Shown here: positions 32,574 through 45,344 of the stretch, one piece after another
Numbering within the stretch: position 1 is the stretch's first letter
Layout: every line of letters starts with the position of its first letter
Origin: Rhynchopus sp. YZ270_cl-10
Lineage: Eukaryota
Length of the DNA stretch: 64,000 bases
NCBI GenBank assembly: GCA_964035575.1
Contig: OZ037833.1
Coordinates: 868,001 to 932,000 of the forward strand
Direction: 5' to 3'
Program-made: the position numbers and the translations under genes
The notes under the pieces: model-generated
Seen by the model: only the letters and a program-made list of their open reading frames with translations
Databases searched by the model: none
Told to the model about the DNA's origin: nothing

Positions 32574-33259
32574 CAGGGTTTCCGCCAAGGGGGACCGGGG
32601 GGGACCATGGACCCCCCCAATATTTTTCCCAGAAAAATCCGGATTTTTACAGGGGTTTGGGGGGGACCATGGTCCCCCCCAAGAAAAATGGGGTTTTGGA
32701 GGTTGTAGATGATCCCCCGTGGTCATGCGACCCCACCGTGCAGAGCATTTGGCTCGCTGTGCCAGAAGAAGTGGAAGAAAAAGGGGGTGGTGCAATCTTT
32801 TTAAAAAAGGGTACCGTGCGCCTGCGGCGCTGTGTTGCTAGCTATGTGATATTGATATACTTCCATCGATACTTCCGTGCATTGCCCCTTTTTCTAAGGA
32901 AGCTTCGGTGCAAGCGACGGGTAGTTATTACATGTTCCCACTGCAGCACTGTAATGACTGTAGCACCATACAATAGAAAAAGCAAACGCCATCCCCTTCC
33001 ACTCTCACAGGAACCCTTACCTTGTTAAGCTTCCACCCCCGACCTCCAAACAAACCACCTCTACCAGACACACAGCTGTGAAGCTTGACATGGCTGCTAT
33101 CAAACCTGGTGCACCCTTCGCCTCTCCACTCTGTGGCCTGCAGGGAGGCGCGCGCGAAGCGCGCGACGACCGCTTTTGCGGGGGGAAAAATTTTTTTTGG
33201 GGGATCTTTTTGATGGTCCCCCCCAATTCCTGAAACCCCAAATCCTGGCGGAAACCCTG
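32574..33259. mobile_element. Non-autonomous hAT-like element with 5-bp TSD
   Basis: TIR CAGGGTTTCCGCCA / TGGCGGAAACCCTG. TSD AGCTG within the palindromic target GACAGCTGTC. Subterminal GGGGGGACCAT motifs. Confidence 0.85.
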
Positions 33260-33305
33260 AGCTGTCAAAAAAAAAAAAAAAAAAAAAAATGACACAACCG
33301 TTATC

Positions 33306-33735
33306 CATGGATGTCCAAAGTACTTGAAGTATATCAAGTACTTGATCCCCCAAAAAACCCAATACTTGATACTTGAAGTACTTGACACCCTATTTTTTTT
33401 TCTAGTACTTTTTTACTTGTTCTCCCTCTGTCAAGTACTTTTTTCACAAAAAAAAACATCAAGTACTTGATCAAGTACAAAAAAAAGTGGGTACTTGATC
33501 AAGTACTTGACGTTTTTTTGCGAAAACAAGTACTTGACAGACTCTGCCTTAGGGTAAAAAAGTAAAAAAGTACGAGAAAAAAAAATAGGGTATCAAGTAC
33601 TTGATTTATGTCAAGTACTTGATCCATCTTCAAGTACTTGACTGTCATTTTGAGAGGAAAAAAAAGGGGGGGTCAAGTACTTCAAGTGCCATAAAAAATC
33701 CGAAAAAAGTACTTCAAGTACTTTGGACACCCATG
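33306..33735. mobile_element. MITE built of CAAGTACTTG palindromes
   Basis: TIR of about 26 bp, CATGGRTGTCCAAAGTACTTGAAGTA. TSD is GTTATC (or TTAT if the termini are CCATGG). More than 15 AAGTACTT-type units inside. Confidence 0.88.
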
Positions 33736-34329
33736 GTTATCGTGCAGCATCGAACAAAGAGAAGGTGATACTGGGAACAAAAAAAAACAACAAAAACAAC
33801 AAAACGACACATATCGAACCTTTACAAAGGTGCCATACACACAAACGCTAGGTAATGTTTTCGCTCTATGAAAAACTACCCACATTTGCCTTTTTTTTTT
33901 TTGAAAACTTGGTTGTATCAGTGTAGCCACCCTAGAGTGTGCTCACTATACTTTTTTTTATTTTTTTCAAACACATCCATCGTGTGGCTACTTTCACACC
34001 TCTTTTTCTACATCTTCTTTCAAAAAAATACTTATGTAACTACTCCTTTAGTTTCATTCCCCTACCAAGACAGAGTGCCTGCTGGACCTTTTTTTTACAA
34101 CCAGCCTGAAGAAGGATAGAGTCAGGCTAAGCTATCACCACTTTACACAACCAGAGGGTCGGGGTGAGGGGTGCTGAAAGTGCAAACGCCTCGACGGACG
34201 TAGACAATCAAGAATAAGAATGGTTGATGCAAGGCACCTCCGACTGACCCACGCCACCTGTACGATGTCAGACCTCGTAGCCAGTCTCTCGTTAAACAAA
34301 GAAACAATATGGTTCACGTACATCTTTAA

Positions 34330-34443
34330 AAATAGTAGGATCGGTAGGTAAGTAAAGTTGTTTTCGTTGATTGCACAATCATCCTGTTTGAGGGATGATT
34401 GGCAATACTATTTCTCCTTTAGAGCAAACTCCGTAGGAATAAA
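34330..34443. repeat. Dispersed repeat of about 110 bp (family G)
   Basis: AAATAGTAGGATCGGTAGGTAA...AATACTATTTCTCCTTTARAGCAARCTYCGTAGGAATAAA. A second copy at 41901-42118 is interrupted by a foldback. Confidence 0.75.
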
Positions 34444-34561
34444 GAAAAAACAGAGTAGTCAAAACACCAATAGAAGAACTTACGAACTAAATCAGCGCTT
34501 TTTTTTAACTCATTTTTTTTAAATTGAAAACGTGGCTGTGTTAGTGTAGATCCCGAGGATG

Positions 34562-35486
34562 CAGGGTCCTAGCTCAGTAGAACGGAAAAGGTGGCCCACC
34601 TTTTCCGTTGTTTTTTTTTTTTTTTTTTTGGGATTTTTTTTTGGGTTTTTTTTACACGGTGCAAAAAACCGGTTGGCCAAGGAGGTCCTCAGTGTCGTCA
34701 GCCAGTCCCCTTTGCTGTTAAAAACAGCGACTTGGCGTGGTCAATTTTTCCGCGCGAACAGGGATTACGCTCCACGTGTGGAACGTATGGAAATCCATAC
34801 GTGAATTGTTTTTGAAAAGGTGGAATCCATACGTGTCCATACGTAGGTAATTTGGGTTTTGGATTGGTGCTGGGGTGGGGTAGGTGAGGAGTGGGGCTCC
34901 GCCCCCACCTCTCACCTACCCCCTACAGAATTCTATTTGTAGGAGACAATTTTCTATTTTACCGGAAAAGGAGCATGCAGCATGGCGAAAGAAAAAAGTA
35001 GCGTACCGTGCGCCTGCGGCGCTAGATTGTAATACACCCTTCCCATGACATAATAGGCAATTTTAAGCGCAATTTTTAGAAATGTTGCGTACCGTGGCTT
35101 CGCCAGAAACTTTCGTTTTAGCAAAATATGGAAGTAAAGTTTACGGAACTGGACCATAGTTACCAACGAAAGTGCCATTTTATTTCAAGATTTTTTAAAA
35201 ATGTTGCGTACCGTGGCTTCGCCAGGAACATTTGGATGCCATGACTGATGATTTCTCCAGTTCTTCGAACTTTCACAACCCTTCTCAACCAACTTTGCCA
35301 GGGAGAGCGCGCGCGAAGCGCGCGCGGTTTTTAATTGTTTTTGCTTAGAATTGTACGTGTTGAAAATCCATACGTACTTTTTTTATTTTTGGGGGAGCTG
35401 CGTAATCCCTGCGCGCGAAGCGCAAAAAATTTTTTTTTGAGCCACCTTTTCCATTTTTTTTTTTTTTCTTCTGAGCTAGAACCCTG
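34562..35486. mobile_element. Non-autonomous CAGGG-ended element with 7-bp TSD
   Basis: TIR CAGGGTYCTAGCTCAG. TSD GAGGATG at 34555-34561 and 35487-35493. Inserted in a family-D micro-element. Confidence 0.9.
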
Positions 35487-35501
35487 GAGGATGGCCTCCA
35501 C

Positions 35502-36387
35502 CAGGGTTGTTCCTTGTTCTCGGAAAAAACAGCAAAATTCTGGATTTATGTTCCCGTTTTTTTCCTTTTTTTGGGTGGGGTTTTTTGCCCTTTTTCGGGC
35601 TTTCCGAGCTCTACCCTCACTGTAGTGGGGTCATTTCGAGAAAATGGACAAGTTCTTGATTGATACAAATTTTGGTTACGACCACTAGTGAGTTGCTCAC
35701 AATGCTAAATGAGTGTCAGAACTGTGATTCTGGGCCCACTTTAACCGCCCTTCGAAATTCAAAAAGGGGTCCCAAACCCGGGCGCGCTACACTCGCGCGG
35801 AACTTTTTGCAGCTTTGGTCTAGTTGCATTTTTGGCTGCAAAATGCAAGGGGACCCCCAAAGACGTTGGGAATATTATTTGGATGGGGCAGTGATTTTGT
35901 ACCTGCATACACGCTCCCTCGCGGTAACCGCGTGCATGCCAATGAAGTGCTCTCTGGGGTTCGATAACCCGTGGAACCAGTGCTTCCGCCGATGAACGGT
36001 GAGGCGTTGCACTTCTCTTTTTGCGGAGCAAAAAATAATATAAATGGCGCCGCAGGCAAAAAATTTTGAGTACAGTGTAAAAATCTAGCTTCCGGCGAAC
36101 CCTTTTTTGCAGAGCAAAAAATGAAAAATGGCGCCGCAGGCAAAAAAAAATTGGGGGTACAGCCCTGACGGTGCAGGATTTTGTTGTCAATTTTTTTTTT
36201 CTTGCCCCCTGAAAACTCTTGCTTTTGAGAGTTTCGACCATTTCACCACACTGGTGGTGTGTCACCCACAGTGAAACCCACTAGAAACCACAAGAAAGCC
36301 CCCCAAGGAAAAAAAGGAAAAAAAAAAAGGAAAAAAAAACTAAAATCCAGAATTTCATGTTCTCGGTCCCACTTAGGAACTTCCCTG
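35502..36387. mobile_element. Non-autonomous hAT-like element with 8-bp TSD
   Basis: TIR CAGGG(TT/AA)GTTCCT. TSD GCCTCCAC at 35494-35501 and 36388-36395. Confidence 0.88.
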
Positions 36388-38292
36388 GCCTCCACATTTT
36401 TTTTTTTTTTTTGCACTTCGCCTTGTAAAGTAAGGCTGGTATATTTTACACACTAAAAAAATGTTGTTGCGGTTTTAAAAAAACCGCATTTTTGTTTTCA
36501 CCTCGCGAGCAAAATGGAACTCAAATCTAAAGAAGAAAAAAAAGAAGGAAAGAAAAAGCTGAAAAGATAAATAGACCCACACGCATTATGAAGATCTTTA
36601 CCACTAACGTTATTGTGAGAAGGAAAAACAAAAAAGGATTGTTTCATACATATTCTTTTCTAAACGAAAAGAAGGCAAAGAGGGCGAGAAAAAATGTACC
36701 CTAAAAAATAGAAGAAAACTTGAGGGATAAATATGCTTCAAAAGATGCACATCAAAAAGGAAAAAGATTGTTTCATATACTAACTATTCTACTGAATAGA
36801 AGGTATAATAGGGTGCACTAAATAAAAAGAAAAAGAAGAAATCATTGAACGTGCCTCACGTGACACACACACACATCTAAAACGATGTGAGACACTAACA
36901 CATAGTTCTTTCTCCCTCTTTTTCTCTCTTGTATCCACTACGATACCGTAAGCTCCCTTTTAACGCCCTCTGCTGTTCACGCATTACCGAGGTATGGTCA
37001 ACTAATTTTGGGGTCGTTTTTTTTTTTTTTTTTCTCAGGAAGCCTTCATTGTGCAATCAAACAGAAGACAGAATCGTTGTTCACGAAGTTTGTCTTTAAA
37101 AAAAGGTAGATGTTTATAAGATGAACCTAAGCATCTCGTGTTTTAGTCACCTTGGTTAAAAAAAAGAGAAGTTGAAATGTGCAAACACCTCGCCGTACAC
37201 CGGCGGACGCAGACACTGAGGGGGGGTGGGGAAAAAAAATGAACGCGAGACGAATACAAACGTATTTTATTTGCATAAGAAATGGGGTATGGAAATGTGA
37301 AGTACTTTTTTTTTGGAAAGTTTGGATAACAAAAAAAGAAGAAAAAGGGGGAGTGAAAAAAACATAAATCTTATCATACCAGACAAATATTCCTTCCGAT
37401 CAAATCTCAAAAAAAAAAGAAAGCAAAAAAAAAAACCAAAAACTTTATTAGATGAACCTAAGCAAGTTCTTCTTCCCCCCATCCCCTCCCCTTTTGCCCC
37501 CTTTATTTTTCCGTCGCATTTTGCATAAAGATTCGCTATTCGAGTGGTATCGGGGTTTGTGTGTAGAGAGAGGGGTAAATTATGTTCCACATATTTGGGG
37601 GTTTTTTTTGGCCGTTTCTCTCCGCACCAAATATATTTCTCTTTCTTGAAAACTTGGTTGTATTAGTGTAGACACCCGAGGATGAACTCCACTATACTTT
37701 TTTTAAATACGACGGCATTCAGATACCCAATCCCCACAACACACACGCCCTTTTTTGGGGCCATATTCTGCGCAAGAATTACCCCCCTATTAGTTATCAA
37801 AAAGACACACAAAAGCCCTTTCATCGCTGCTGACACAGAATGGCACTCACGGCTCCTCCCTTCCTCCCTTCCTCGCTTGCTGCCATCATGATGCACAGGT
37901 TACCTGTTCATACACATCGCACTGCTCGCGAATGGTCTGCAAGAGGCCACGTGCAGCCTCAGACGGCACAGAGGCAGTGTCCACTTTGAGGTGCACATTC
38001 AGCAGGCCTTCAGAGTGGGGTGATGTCACCCATCGGCTCGCACCCTGTTTTTGTGTAGTGGTTTATTTATCATAAAAACAAAAGTGAAGTTATTAATGCG
38101 CCTCCCGCTGACCCATGCCAGCTGGATGAAAGCACTACCCATGCGGCCAACAACAGGAGATGTAAAAGGAAACCTAAGCAGACCTACCCCGTACCGTAAG
38201 AGAACGGTACACACAACCTGCTCTCTCGTCAGCCGGCAAAACAAAAAAAAAGTTTATAAGATGAACCCTAAGTCACCCCTTCATCACATTCG

Positions 38293-40233
38293 TTATCGCA
38301 CATTAGCTGCATAGGCTTCCACAAATTTGTTTGGGATGATGCCATAACAAAAAATAATACAATAATGGAAGCTCTCTCTGAGGTACAAAAAAACATGCAC
38401 TTCCTCGACCTCCACTTTCGCTATCGAAACCCTCCCTCCTCCCTCCCTCCCTCTCCTCCATACCCTCATCCCCGACAACGCAACACCGACACTGTTGACT
38501 AACGTTGTAAACGTCTGCGGAATTTCTCGCACCATCTTCACCAATTCCTCCTGCAGGTCAACCTCTGCCGTCTGCACATGCGCACCTCCACGACGCGACG
38601 GCGCCACACCCGCACCCGCACGCACACCACCCCTACCACCACACCCCCTCTCACTCTCCTCCTTGTAGATGCGCGCAAACTCACTCTCCAGCTCTTTGGT
38701 GTAGTGGTGCAGATCGTGCCCCGGAGGGTTAAACCGCTTGCAGTTATCCCAGACCTGCTGCACATCTGCCAGTACCGTTTCGCCCGCTGTATAAAGGTTG
38801 TTTCTCAACAGCGCTACTACGGTACCCAAATCCATTGGTCGCTTAATCACTGCGAGATAGCCAGGGGCACGGTCGCGGACGGGGTCGACTGGGCGGAGGA
38901 AGAGGAAGAGATCGTCGTCAAAACGGCGCTGTTTCAGGAAGCGGTGCAACGCATGCGCAGCCAGACGCACATCATCCGGAATCTGTTTTGCCAGAACCGC
39001 CGGCGCGATGTCAGCTATGCTTGCCAACGAGAAATCACTGCTCTCCGCAAAAGGGGATGGATACGTTCCCCTCAATGCATCAGGGCAGAACCCTTCTGAG
39101 GACGACCCCGATCCATCCGAAGACGCAACGCTAGGAGACCCATTCACCACACGCACGCATCTGAAACTCAATGTCTGCGGGCACTCCCCAGCCTCCACCA
39201 ACCCTAGGTCCTCCCCTACAACCCCAGCACCCCCGAGAGACACCCCACTAGGCTTCCTCCCACAGCTTTTCACCTCCCCATCGAGAATCAACACATTTTC
39301 AGCTTCAGGAGGCGGCAACGTCAAAATCTGCGGCGTCGCGCACGACAACGCAGGAAGCGGACGTCCGATACTGCGAACAACACTATGCGGGAGGTGGCGG
39401 GGTTGGAAGGAGAACGAAACCTCAAGAGCTGTCCTGGTAAGTTTTCCATTACCGGGAGCGGTGAGGTTGTCAAGCATTGAGGCAGACGCAGTGACTATAT
39501 CCTCCGAGGTGGTTACAGAGTACGAACCCAGATCTGATGAGATCTGCTGCAATCTACTGCCGATAAAGGGCAAAAACTGGGCATCTCCTGCAGACAGCAG
39601 GACTGCGCCGCTAAATCGCAGCCCAAATACAAGCTGCGGCACCCCTCCGACCTCACACGGCACCTCAACGGAGACGATACGTTGTGCACCCCCACATACA
39701 CACCCCAGATCCGACGAAATCAAACACGCACACCCACCACGCCGCTTCCTTTTCAATACGGCACTCAACGATGTGGTCTGCGCCTGGCAAGCCTCTGCTG
39801 TCTCCTCAAAGACACGCCGTGCTGCGTTTACTACCGTGGAAGGCGTTCCTTTGCGGGTCGATTTTGCGGCAGATGCGAGTCGTGGTCGGGTAGATGACGA
39901 CATGGTCTGAATAGCCGAACGCATCGCTTCAAGCGATTCGGTTCCAGTAAAGGGGCTGCAGAAGGGTTCCCAGGTACGTTGCGACGCCCAGGCTGCGCGA
40001 ACGGCAGCAGTCGCCGTTTCGTCGCTATGAGAGAGGAGGAAGGCGGCGTCGCTCAGATCTGTCGGAGCTGCCTCGGGGTTCGCCAACGGAGAAGGTGAAG
40101 GCCCCTCGGCGTACTCTGTCAAATGCTTCTCACGCCGATGCACTTCCGCCCCTTCCCCATACACCAATCCCACCTCCTCATCCCCCAACCGAAAGCAAGC
40201 CGGGACACTCACCCCCAAATCTTTTCCGACCAT
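38293..40233 (-). CDS. Bromodomain-containing protein, possibly with a spliced ET-like C-terminus
   Basis: FLRPVDP...PGYLAVIKRPMDLGTV...DVQQVWDNCKRFN with the conserved Asn. Likely ATG at 40233. A GTATGG donor at 38463 suggests the annotated ORF end is intronic. Confidence 0.85.
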   Translation of the reverse strand: MVGKDLGVSVPACFRLGDEEVGLVYGEGAEVHRREKHLTEYAEGPSPSPLANPEAAPTDLSDAAFLLSHSDETATAAVRAAWASQRTWEPFCSPFTGTESLEAMRSAIQTMSSSTRPRLASAAKSTRKGTPSTVVNAARRVFEETAEACQAQTTSLSAVLKRKRRGGCACLISSDLGCVCGGAQRIVSVEVPCEVGGVPQLVFGLRFSGAVLLSAGDAQFLPFIGSRLQQISSDLGSYSVTTSEDIVTASASMLDNLTAPGNGKLTRTALEVSFSFQPRHLPHSVVRSIGRPLPALSCATPQILTLPPPEAENVLILDGEVKSCGRKPSGVSLGGAGVVGEDLGLVEAGECPQTLSFRCVRVVNGSPSVASSDGSGSSSEGFCPDALRGTYPSPFAESSDFSLASIADIAPAVLAKQIPDDVRLAAHALHRFLKQRRFDDDLFLFLRPVDPVRDRAPGYLAVIKRPMDLGTVVALLRNNLYTAGETVLADVQQVWDNCKRFNPPGHDLHHYTKELESEFARIYKEESERGCGGRGGVRAGAGVAPSRRGGAHVQTAEVDLQEELVKMVREIPQTFTTLVNSVGVALSGMRVWRRGREGGGRVSIAKVEVEEVHVFLYLRESFHYCIIFCYGIIPNKFVEAYAANVR

Positions 40234-41980
40234 TTGAAGGAGGGGGGGGGAGGGGAGGGGGAGGGAGGAGAAAAGAGTGTAGTAAAAAGGCCTCCCCCCG
40301 CCCTCAAGCTGTCTGATAGACAAGAAGGTGTTCTGGTGCTGCACCCATATAGTAGGGGGAGTGGAGGCGATGGGAGTGGAAGAAAGTGTGTAGATAGAGT
40401 TAAGAGGAACCCGCCTGGTGAAGAGGTGGTGTGGGGTTTATGTGGAGGGGGGGGGGGAAAGGGGGGGGGCAAGAAATGCTTGTTTATCCCTCACAGAATG
40501 ATTAATTATTTTCAATCGAAAGATGGAGTTTTTTGTCCAAAAACAGAAGAACGTTTTTTGGCAACCTTTGGCGGCTGTCACCATGCAGCTCCACCCTCTC
40601 TGTTTATGCGCATTTCCCTACCAATGATGTACCGTCATTAAAAAAAAACATCAAAAAATGGTGTGATCACCAAACCGATTCTCCGTGGTTCACCCGAAGG
40701 TGCTCCAGTAAGGTATAACCCCTAGCAGTTCTAAAAAAAAAAAGAAGAAAAACAAGAAAAGGGGGGTTTGTATTGCTTTGTTTTTTTTTTTTGAATGTGG
40801 CAGTGGAGTCCACTATTGTTTTTTTTTCCTATTTTACGAAAAATTCTTCGCCTGGAATGGGGGGGGGTTGGGTAATGGGGTAATGAAGGGTATTTTGGAC
40901 AAATAAAAAAAAAACGAAATAATTAACACGATGGCAACTTTTAACTTGTTGTTTAGACGGTCACCTGCCCGAAGACAGGCTTCTGTACACAATGTATTGG
41001 GTTGTTTTGTTGTTTGAAAACTTGGTTTAGTGCAGACGAGGATGAACTACACTACATTGATTTTTTCCCCCCATTTTCTTCCAGACATGGTGTCATTGTA
41101 GTTGTAAGAGCGATTCGCTCGAAGGTTACCGACACCAAGGCTTGGATTTCTGTGAGGTGAAGAAAAAAAAAATTTTTTTTTTAAATGCGCGCCACATTTG
41201 TAGGTGCAGTGAGGGGGACTTCCAAATATGGGCGGGAGGGAGATGAGAAGTAAAAAGGGGGGGGGGAAAAAAGGTCAGGTGCGCCATCTAAGCCTCTCTC
41301 GTGCTTAGAGGTCTGGGAGGTGACAAATGGTGCCCAATACTGGGGCCGCATTTATCAACGTCAAAGAACAAGGGATAAGAAAAGCGAGAGAAAAAAAACT
41401 GGAAAAAAATTTTTTTTTGGGTGATGGGTTGGGTCGCGCAGGGGGACACACAACCAGCATCGGTTGAAAAAAAAAAGGGAAAAAAATAAAAAAAAGAGCG
41501 GCTAAAACGTGCTAAAAAAACGCATCTCAAAAAAAAATAAATAAATACAAAATGAGAAAAACGACATTGTGTCGATATCCGCTCCTTCAAAAAAAAAAAA
41601 AATCTTTTTTAAGCTGCCCTCCCACCACACCCTAGAGGTGGGGGATGTCTGAGACATAAGAAGAACGAAAGTATTTCAACATATGCAAATCAATAAATTG
41701 ATAGCATAGGAGAAACAAAGAATCGAAAAAAAAAAAAAAACACTTTTCTCCTTAATGCTTTGTATAATACACCCAAAAGGTGGAGGGGAAGGGGCACTGT
41801 ATGCTGCTTTGTTTATTTTAATTTTTTTTTCTCCTTCTACGTGCGGAGGGGTACCAAATGTCACTACAAGGGGTGTTAGCACTACGTAGGTAGGGTTTAG
41901 AAATAGTAGGATCGGTAGGTAAAGTTGTTTCGTTGTGATATTGGCAAACCCTACCCGGTAGATACAATGGGGTAATTATC

Positions 41981-42063
41981 ATAACACCCACGTTACTAAT
42001 ACCCATTTACGATAATACTCAGTGGGCATTATCGCAAATGGGTTTTAGTAACGCGGGTGTTAT
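41981..42063. repeat. Foldback palindrome (arms about 36 bp)
   Basis: ATAACACCCACGTTACTAATACCCATTTACGATAAT ... ATTATCGCAAATGGGTTTTAGTAACGCGGGTGTTAT. Confidence 0.88.
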
Positions 42064-43495
42064 AGTCATTTTCCCAAAAATACTATTTCTCCTTTAAAGC
42101 AAGCTTCGTAGGAATAAAAATTAAAAATAAAAAGCCATATCACGGTAAAACTAACTTTATAAAGTTAATCAGGATAAATCTTTTTAGTAAAGACGTGAAT
42201 GATGCTTTGTGACGAAAGAAAAAGGTACTGTTTTGAAAGGCTCAACGCCTGTGGGACGCAGGCATTGAAAAAAAAACCTCCCCTATCTTCGTTTTCGTTT
42301 TTTTTTTTTTTTTGTATTTTTTTTAAAAAACCCCTATTGTCGTGCTAGACCCCTTCTCCATCTTTGGATTTTGTACCCTGTACGATGTCGGTTTCTGAAA
42401 GGGGATGAAATACGAAAAAAAAAAATTAGGAAAAAAATGAAGAAAAAAAATGAAGGGGAAAATATAACGTAGCTGGAAGACACGCCAGATACGACAGTTC
42501 TAAAGAGAAGAAAAAAAGGTATTTTTTTTGGCAATAAAAATGTCCTCCTCTCGGAGGTCATCTTTATTTTAGAAAAAAAATAACTTATTTCGATACCCTT
42601 GATAGATTTTACGTGAAAAAAAGGCGGTTTATCTACTGTGACACACACGGCTTCCAAAAATATTACTTCGAGAGCGATCGGTCACAAAAACAGCGTCGGT
42701 TAAGGTGGGGAGAGGGGTATGGGGTGGGGGGAAAGATCAATGAGCCCTTCAGGTCTCATTGGTAAAGGAAAATCTTGAAAAGAAAAAGAAAAAAACGTGC
42801 CAGAGCACAACACAGATCAAGAAAAGAAAAAAAAAATATTCAAGAATTCTGGAGAGATGCGAGAAAAGGGAGGAATGGGAAGAAGGAAGAGGTTGGTTGA
42901 CACACGCAAACAATCTTGTGGTTTTTTTTTTTTTTTTTTTTTTTGAAAACTTGGTTGTATTAAGTGTAGCCACCCTAGAGTGTGCTCCACTATATACGTT
43001 TTTTTTTTCCTACCAACCCAGGGAAAAGAATATGGGGCCAAGGGGAGGGGGGGGAGAAAAAAAAAGGGGGGGAAACGTGAGGATGCATGTTAGAAGTAGT
43101 GTGTGCTGCTGTGCATTTGTATTAATTACTGCACGCAGTCTCTACTGTGACACACTGTCATCACTCTTCTTCTTTTTTCATTTGGTATCAACAATTCACT
43201 TTTAAACCAACTGGGCACAGTACTCTAAATGGGTTTTGGCGTAAAAAAAAAGCGCCCAAAAAAAAAATAAAATTCCCAAATTCGTCGAACTTATTTGTAC
43301 AATAAGTTTTCTTGGAAATCTGTATTTCTGTGCTCAATTGCAGGTCGAAACCTTACTCTAAACGTCGTCTTATCCTTAACCCTTTTTTTATGGTATCAAA
43401 CCATTCAAAAAAAAAAAGAATTTTTTTTGTTTGGTTTTTGACTACTATCACAAAAGGTAGCAGACGTTTTTTTTTTTTTTTTTTCTTCTCAGGAT

Positions 43496-44045
43496 CAGGG
43501 AAATAGCTTGGTTTTCTTCCAAAATCAGGAATTATGCGAAAACGAATTTTTTTTTCCGCCCGGTCGAAAGCGGTCGTTGCGCTTCGCGCAAGCCTCACTG
43601 AGTGGAGAGGCGAAAGGTCAATTTGCGAGATAACCAAAAACGGTATGTAATCCCTTATTACGGAGCTTGGTCTTGCACCTTACGTTCCACTAACCGTATG
43701 GAAAAAAATAAATGGCGCCGCAGGCGAAAAAAAATAGGGTACGGTGTAAAAATGCTGGTTTACAACCACACAGTCACTCAACAACCCTTTTTTGCGGAGC
43801 AAAAAAGGAAAATGGCGCCGCAGGCAAAAAAAAATTAAGGGGTACGGCACATCTGCAAGCGCAGCGAGCGAAAATTTTAAGGTTCCATCATTCCAGTCAT
43901 CTGGGAGATCTGGGGGTCCGCGGGCGAGGGTACCCCAAAAGTGCCCAAAAATCCCCTCTTTTTTTTTTTTTTTTTTTTTTTTTCCCCCAAAAAAATCCAG
44001 AATTATGCGATGTCGCATAATTCGGTATATGGAGCTATTTCCCTG
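43496..44045. mobile_element. Non-autonomous hAT-like element with 8-bp TSD
   Basis: Perfect 13-bp TIR CAGGGAAATAGCT. TSD CTCAGGAT at 43488-43495 and 44046-44053. Confidence 0.9.
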
Positions 44046-45344
44046 CTCAGGATCTTTAAAAAAGAGAGCAAACAGTACGTCTAGTAAAAAGGAAAAGTGT
44101 ATGAGATGAACCTAAGCCTCTCATGCTTAGTCACCTTTGACCAACCAATCAAAAAAAGGAAGAAGAGGTGGGGCCTTTGCCCTCAAAATCACCTGAAAAG
44201 TGAGCTGGTTTTTTGTCTTTGTTTAGAGATTCATCAATAAGGCATTTGCTTTCTTTCTCGAAATATATTTTTTTTTTCGTTTTCCAGTAGAAGTGGGGGG
44301 GGGGTGAGTAAAATCAAATGGCCGGTGAAGTAAAACCACAGTTAAGTCATTTACTGTAACCATCGTGAAAGAAAAAGCCCAATGGAATAATGAATGTGAC
44401 GGCTAAGGTAACATACATCAAACACAAAAGACCAACACTCCCACCATCCTAGTGTTTTTTTTTTTTTTTTTATCATTTCCTGGTAGGTCTTTTTTCTAAA
44501 CCCTTTTCTTACATTTAGAAACCTACTAAAAGGGAGGGGAGGTGGTGAGGGAATGGGAGATCACCTTGAGCAACAAAAAGAAAAAAGAAGAAAAAAAAAA
44601 ACTAGAAATTCTGAAATTTGAAACAAATGAGTGTGCTTCACGGGGGCACAGACACTGTAGAGGGTAACGAAAGTTTGACGTTTGACAAAAAAAGGGAAAT
44701 GGGGGGTGAAATTGGGGAGGAAATAAAAGTGCATTACAAAAAAAGCAAACAAAAAAAAAAAAAAACTGCGTTGTACGTGGATAGGTCAACTGTCCCAAAA
44801 TCCATTCAAGACACTCCCAAAGGAAAATTTGAGAATATTCGCACGGTTACCCCCTCACGTCGCAACAAAATGAAGAAAAAGAAATACAATGAAGATGCAC
44901 CACGCCTCTGCGTGGGTCATCTTCAATAAACGGCAACTATGAAAAGAAAAGAAAGGTATATTAAGATGCTCCTAAGCCTCTCGTTGCTTGGTCACCTTGA
45001 AGAAAATTTTTTGACTTGAAACACAAAAGCCCTTCTCGGCAAACGGTGCGTTGGTACGTAACCGGTGCACCGGTGCACCGAGAGTCGACCCCAATCATGC
45101 CATAGTCTTACATCCATTTCGAGGGTTACGCTTGAAGAAAGTGCGCAACACCATCCAACAATACAAAAAAACCTGAACGATTCCACTCTGTAAATTCTAA
45201 AAAAAATAAAAAAAATAAAAAAAATAAAAAAAAACGGGGGGAAGTATCAAAACGGACAAAATAGGGGGGACGAGGTTGATGACATGTTAAAACGCTTCCT
45301 CACCCCCCCAAAGATGACACACAGACCAGTTGTAAGATGAATCT

